Assembly: GCA_963665125.2 (NCBI GenBank)
Contig: CAXXUK010000001.1
Span: forward strand, 1,472,001-1,536,000
Source of the DNA: an uncultured Desulfarculus sp.
Lineage (GTDB): Bacteria; Desulfobacterota; Desulfarculia; Desulfarculales; Desulfarculaceae
Direction: 5' to 3'
Length of the DNA: 64,000 nt
Shown piece by piece: positions 59,527 through 64,000 of this stretch. The notes under the pieces are model-generated. The model saw nothing but the letters and a program-made list of their open reading frames with translations, did not search any database and was not told the DNA's origin. Numbering within the stretch: the stretch's first letter is position 1; the number at the start of each line of letters is the position of its first letter. Both the position numbers and the translations under genes were made by a program.

Positions 59527-61224
59527 ATGATCCTTCTTGATCCGAACCACCTCAGGGACAAATACGCCGATGACAAATCCGGCGAGCTGATGGCTAAAAC
59601 AGTCGAGTTCTTTGAAAAGCGCGGCAAAGCCACACTTATTGACAGCTTTGAAAACCGTGTCTGGTATCAGGATTTCCTGGACTTCCAGGCCGAGAACAAG
59701 CTTTTCTACACCATGCTCACTCCCAGGGAGTATGGCGACGGCACCACGAGCTGGAACACCTACCGCAACTGTGAATTCGCCGAGATCCTGGGCTTCTACG
59801 GCCTGGGCTACTGGTACACCTGGCAGGTCTCCATCCTGGGTCTTGGCCCGCTATGGATGGGCACCAACGAGGATCTGAAGTACAAGACCGCCGAGCTGTT
59901 GAAGCAGGGCCAGATCTTCGCCTTCGGCCTGAGCGAAAAAGAGCACGGCGCCGACATCTACAGCACCGATATGACGCTCTACCCCAATGACGACGGCACC
60001 TACCGGGCCAGGGGCGGCAAATACTACATCGGCAACGGCAACAAGGCGGCCATCGTCTCGACCTTCGGCCGCATGGCCGGGTCCAAGGATGAATACGTAT
60101 TCTTCGCCGTCGATTCCCAGCACGATAAATACGAGCTGGTCAAAAACGTGGTCCACAGCCACAACTACGTCAGTGAATACGCCCTTCACGACTACCCCAT
60201 CACCGAGGCCGACATCATCAGCCGGGGCCCCAGGGCCTGGGACAGCTCCCTCAACACGGTAAACGTGGGCAAATACAACCTCGGCTGGGCCAGCATCGGC
60301 ATCTGCACCCATGCCCTGTACGAGGCCCTGAACCACGCGGCCAACCGCAGGCTCTACAACATTTTCGTCACTGACTTCCAACACGTGAAGCAGATATTCA
60401 CCGACAGCTACACCCGCCTGGTGGCCATGAAGCTGTTCGCCTACCGCGCTTCGGATTACTTCCGCTCCGCCGGTCCGGACGACCGCCGCTATCTGCTGTT
60501 CAACCCCATCGTCAAGATGAAGGTCACGGTCCAAGGCGAAAACATCATCGACGCCATCTGGAGCGTCATCGCGGCCAAGGGCTTTGAAAAGGACACCTAC
60601 TTCCACATGGCGGCCCAGGAAATCCGCGGCCTGCCCAAGCTGGAAGGCACCACCCATGTGAACATGGCCCTCATCGTCAAGTTCATGCAGAACTACTTCT
60701 TCAACCCGACGACCTATCCCGAGGTGCCGACCCGCAACGACGACGCCGACGACAGCTTCTTCTGGGACCAGGGCCCAACCCGCGGCCTGGGCAAGATCCA
60801 GTTCAACGACTACCATCCGGTCTACGCCCAGTGGAATCTGCCCAACGTCAATATCTTCCAGGAGCAGATCAAGGTTTTGGAGCAGCTGTTGGTCAAGGCC
60901 ACGCCCAGCAAGGCCCAGGCCATGGACACCGACTTCCTGCTCAACCTGGGCGAGATCTTCACCCTGGTGCCTTATGGCCAGTTGATCCTGGAAAACGCCA
61001 AGATCCTGGGCATCGACGAGGTCCTGGTGGACCAGATCTTCGACTTCATGGTCCGCGACTTCAACAAGTTCGCGTTGGAGCTGTTCCAGAAGCCCAGCAC
61101 CACGCCCGAACAGTGTGAACTCCTGCAGAAGATGGTCACCAAGCCCAACGTGGATCAGGCCCGCTTCGACAAGATTTGGAACGAAGTCCTGGAGTTGGAC
61201 GGTCTTTACGAGATGAACGAGTAG
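59527..61224 (+). CDS. Acyl-CoA dehydrogenase family protein
   Basis: AFGLSEKEHGAD, GGKYYIGN, LEGT. Confidence 0.92.
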   Translation: MILLDPNHLRDKYADDKSGELMAKTVEFFEKRGKATLIDSFENRVWYQDFLDFQAENKLFYTMLTPREYGDGTTSWNTYRNCEFAEILGFYGLGYWYTWQVSILGLGPLWMGTNEDLKYKTAELLKQGQIFAFGLSEKEHGADIYSTDMTLYPNDDGTYRARGGKYYIGNGNKAAIVSTFGRMAGSKDEYVFFAVDSQHDKYELVKNVVHSHNYVSEYALHDYPITEADIISRGPRAWDSSLNTVNVGKYNLGWASIGICTHALYEALNHAANRRLYNIFVTDFQHVKQIFTDSYTRLVAMKLFAYRASDYFRSAGPDDRRYLLFNPIVKMKVTVQGENIIDAIWSVIAAKGFEKDTYFHMAAQEIRGLPKLEGTTHVNMALIVKFMQNYFFNPTTYPEVPTRNDDADDSFFWDQGPTRGLGKIQFNDYHPVYAQWNLPNVNIFQEQIKVLEQLLVKATPSKAQAMDTDFLLNLGEIFTLVPYGQLILENAKILGIDEVLVDQIFDFMVRDFNKFALELFQKPSTTPEQCELLQKMVTKPNVDQARFDKIWNEVLELDGLYEMNE

Positions 61225-61246
61225 CCTCAGACCAACCAAGCCCGAC

Positions 61247-61280
61247 AAAGCCGGGGCGCCTCGAAGCGCCCCGGCTTTTC
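61247..61280 (+). terminator. Intrinsic terminator
   Basis: AAAGCCGGGGCGC-CTCGAA-GCGCCCCGGCTTTT. Confidence 0.85.
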
Positions 61281-61370
61281 TATTCCCAATTAATGGACGT
61301 CTCGAATAGTTGACGTTAGGCGGACCAACCCACCAACACTGATGACAAGCACTGCGGAGTTAGGCGGATT

Positions 61371-62215
61371 ATGCTCAACAAGAAAAGCGCGAGACTGATT
61401 TTGGTGATCATGATGGTTGTGGCCGTTTGTGGGGCCGCGTCAATTGCCCAGGCCGGAGAATTCTGCAACCAGTTCACCATGCTGGGGCAAGGCGAGTTAG
61501 CGGTGGGAGCCGAAGCCGGCTGGACCAATGAACTGCAACAAAGAGGCTCCTATATCGCGGTGACCCAGTCATATCAAGGAAGGACCTTCAAGGGTAACGC
61601 CCAGGCCAAGGATATGAAAATCACCGATGACATGGCCTGTATGGCCACGCTGACTTTCGGTGTTTTTGATCAGCTTAATATTTACGCCAAGTTTGGCATG
61701 GTCGATGGAGGCAAACTAGAGATAACCGCATTGAGTTACCTGGGCCAGTTCATCCTGGAGGCCGATTTGCACGGCGCCTTCGCCTGGGTGTTGGGGGCAA
61801 AAGCGAGAATTTTTGAAACCGATGGCGGCCTTGGCATGCTGTTCAGCGCCCAATATTCCCGCTACGACGACCGCGAAATAGACTCCTGGAAGGCCGACAT
61901 AGGGCCCTCGGACGCCTCAGGTACAGATGATACGCTCACGTTTTGGCAAATAAACACATCAGCCGCCATCTATCAAAAGCTGGGAGAGTTCACGCCATAT
62001 CTCGGCACCCTGTACAGCTCGAAACCGAATGGGACGGAAACTGGACCTACCCCAACGGCGTAGGTGAGCACCTGGAAATGACCAATGATAACGAGCATAA
62101 AGCCGGCGCATTGGCGGGGCTCAACTGGGACGCCAGTGAGCATTTCACGGTAAATCTGCAAGGCGTTTTCATCACCAGCACCCTGGTGTCGCTGGGCCTG
62201 AGTTACGCCTTTTAA
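61371..62215 (+). pseudogene. Outer-membrane beta-barrel protein with a frameshift near 62015
   Basis: Signal peptide and beta-strand pattern to FTPYLG; second frame ends SLGLSYAF (OMP C-terminal signature). Confidence 0.72.
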
Positions 62216-62241
62216 GCCAACATATAACTTAAAGCGATCTT

Positions 62242-62276
62242 GCCGCGGCGCTACGTAGCGCCGCGGCCTTTCTTTG
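62242..62276 (+). terminator. Intrinsic terminator
   Basis: GCCGCGGCGCTACGTAGCGCCGCGGC followed by CTTTCTTT. Confidence 0.75.
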
Positions 62277-62470
62277 ATCCGGCATCGGCAAAGGCCATTC
62301 AGTCGCGGCCATAATCAACAGTTTTTTTATTACTAAATAATGTTTGAATATTCTTATTCAGTTGATAAGATCATGGCAACTATACCGCTGACGGTTGATT
62401 TGATCACTTCGGCAGTGCGGCTGTTGTAATAGACCATGCGGCAACGCATCCATACTCCGGGAGACAACCC

Positions 62471-63121
62471 ATGGGAATTTTGTCCTATCCGATGCGCAAA
62501 CTCTTGGAACAATGCTCACACCCTTCCGGCTTTTTTGGACGGCTGCTGGCCAGGGGCATGAACCAGGGCCACGGCCCCCTAACCATGTGGGGTCTGGAGA
62601 AGCTAAGCATTGCCCAAGATGCGGTCATCATAGATATCGGCTGCGGCGGCGGCGGCACGGTGAACCGGTTGGCCCGTCTGGCCAGTAGCGGCAAAGTGGT
62701 TGGCGTTGACCTGTCGCCGGACTCCGTGAATATCGCCCAAAAAACCAACCGTGAGCTTATCGGTCAAGGCCGAGCGGAAATACAAGAGGCCTCCGTTGGC
62801 AAGCTTCCTTTTGCCGACCAGACCTTTGACCTGGCCACGGCCATTGAAACCCACTTTTTCTGGCCCGATCTGCCCGCCAATTTCAGGGAAGTCCTGCGTG
62901 TGTTAAAACCCGGCGGCCAATTCATGGTCTTGGCCGCGATCTATAAGGGCAGCCCCCAGGCAAAGCGCGACAGCATAGTGCTCAAGACCGGGAATATGGC
63001 CTATCTGGGCAAGGAAGACTTTGAGGAATTGTTCAGCGGGTCTGGTTTTGAGGGCATAGAGGTCTACTGCGACCCCAAACGCGGCAACATCTGCGCAATA
63101 GCCCGCCGGCCGCCGGCCTGA
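62471..63121 (+). CDS. Class I SAM-dependent methyltransferase
   Basis: IDIGCGGG, GVDLS, LPFADQTFD, RVLKPGG. Confidence 0.93.
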   Translation: MGILSYPMRKLLEQCSHPSGFFGRLLARGMNQGHGPLTMWGLEKLSIAQDAVIIDIGCGGGGTVNRLARLASSGKVVGVDLSPDSVNIAQKTNRELIGQGRAEIQEASVGKLPFADQTFDLATAIETHFFWPDLPANFREVLRVLKPGGQFMVLAAIYKGSPQAKRDSIVLKTGNMAYLGKEDFEELFSGSGFEGIEVYCDPKRGNICAIARRPPA

Positions 63122-63231
63122 CCCCCATCATAGTTCGGCTATTACCCCTTGCCTTTGGAGGACGGTTTACTTCATTATTGGCATAGCTAATTCTGAACAG
63201 CGTTAATAGACGCCAGCCAAAAGGAGACGCT

Positions 63232-63858
63232 ATGCTGCATAACCCCCAGGCCACCGAGCAGGCCCTGGCCATTCTCAGAAACGGCGAGTTGTTCCAATGG
63301 TACGTAATTCCGATCCTGGCCTGCGTGGTCTACATCTATTTTAACGAAGCATCCAAAAAGAACTGGAAAGGCATTGCCGCCGGTTTGTCGCTGTACATGG
63401 TCCATTGGCTGTTTGAGATAGCCAACGCCCTGATCCAGCACTATAGCGGCCACGCCTTGTGGACCGTGCCCACGGGCACTGCCTTCCTGCTGCTGATCGG
63501 CGTGGGCGTGGAGCTTAGCCTGATGTTTTCGGTGGCCGGTTTGATTTTCAGCAAGCTCCTGCCCGAGGACCCCAAGGCCAAGATTTTGGGCCTGAACAAC
63601 AGGCTGGTCTTCGCCATCGGCAATGCCGCGTTTTTCTCCATTTTCGAGATTTTCCTGGCCAAGACTCCGGCATTTGTCTGGGTCTATCCCTGGTGGGGTT
63701 CATTCACGGTGTTCATCTTTGTCTATATTCCGTTCTTCGTGGTGTCGATGTATTGCTACGACTGGAAGCCCCGCAACCAGGTCAAGGTCATCGGGTCATT
63801 GGCCGCCGTCAACGCGGCCTTGCTGGTAATTTTCGCCGGCATCTTGAAGTACATCTAA
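63232..63858 (+). CDS. Hypothetical integral membrane protein
   Basis: RBS AAGGAG; multiple TM segments. Confidence 0.8.
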   Translation: MLHNPQATEQALAILRNGELFQWYVIPILACVVYIYFNEASKKNWKGIAAGLSLYMVHWLFEIANALIQHYSGHALWTVPTGTAFLLLIGVGVELSLMFSVAGLIFSKLLPEDPKAKILGLNNRLVFAIGNAAFFSIFEIFLAKTPAFVWVYPWWGSFTVFIFVYIPFFVVSMYCYDWKPRNQVKVIGSLAAVNAALLVIFAGILKYI

Positions 63859-63867
63859 ACCAATTGC

Positions 63868-63895
63868 CGTGTCGGAGCCCCGGGGCTCCGACACG
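63868..63895. repeat. Perfect 28-bp palindrome downstream of a gene
   Basis: CGTGTCGGAGCCCCGGGGCTCCGACACG. Confidence 0.75.
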
Positions 63896-64000
63896 CACCC
63901 CGAAGGCCCTGAACTAACCGGCCTACCGCCCTTATCCAAACGTCAGGCACTTAACACAACCCGTCAGGCCAACCGGCAGGCAGGCGATAGCAATCCGCCA

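Noticed and set aside
41499..61248. Long antisense or alternate-frame ORFs (e.g. 41499-42527, 46208-47242, 51228-52316, 56991-58169, 59851-61248)
   Set aside because: Shadows of well-supported genes in GC-rich DNA, with no motifs of their own.

Overview
GC-rich bacterial window. Gene content (three sigma-54 activators, a TauE/PEP-dikinase/USP module, DUF2284, lactate permease) suggests an anaerobic Desulfobacterota-like host; this is inference. Left to right: (1) A type I-C CRISPR array of 51 identical 32-bp repeats (221-3576, transcribed on the minus strand). Its leader is intact, but cas2 is cut by an IS3 element and no other cas gene is in the window. (2) Debris of dnaE, IS21 and IS3. (3) A HAMP kinase / sigma-54 regulator pair beside a USP-TauE-TIGR02186-PEP-dikinase-like-receiver-USP-USP operon. 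(4) An IS-riddled region at 16-32 kb with IS256, integrase, IS481, IS407-type and IS3 pieces, an AT-rich cargo island that appears inverted, and a TonB Ni/Co-type uptake cluster preceded by a candidate riboswitch/attenuator. (5) HEAT-repeat and membrane proteins, then ectABC. (6) A GAF sigma-54 regulator with an MBL hydrolase. (7) A TetR-associated pair of class-III aminotransferases plus alanine dehydrogenase; the two aminotransferases have complementary active-site losses, suggesting an obligate heterodimer. (8) A sigma-54-linked SpeD-like / GNAT / ATP-grasp / fold-III decarboxylase cluster of unknown product. (9) A 1234-aa secreted repeat protein, lactate permease, acyl-CoA dehydrogenase, a frameshifted outer-membrane barrel, a methyltransferase and a membrane protein. 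All family calls are from motif recognition by eye; no database searches were run.
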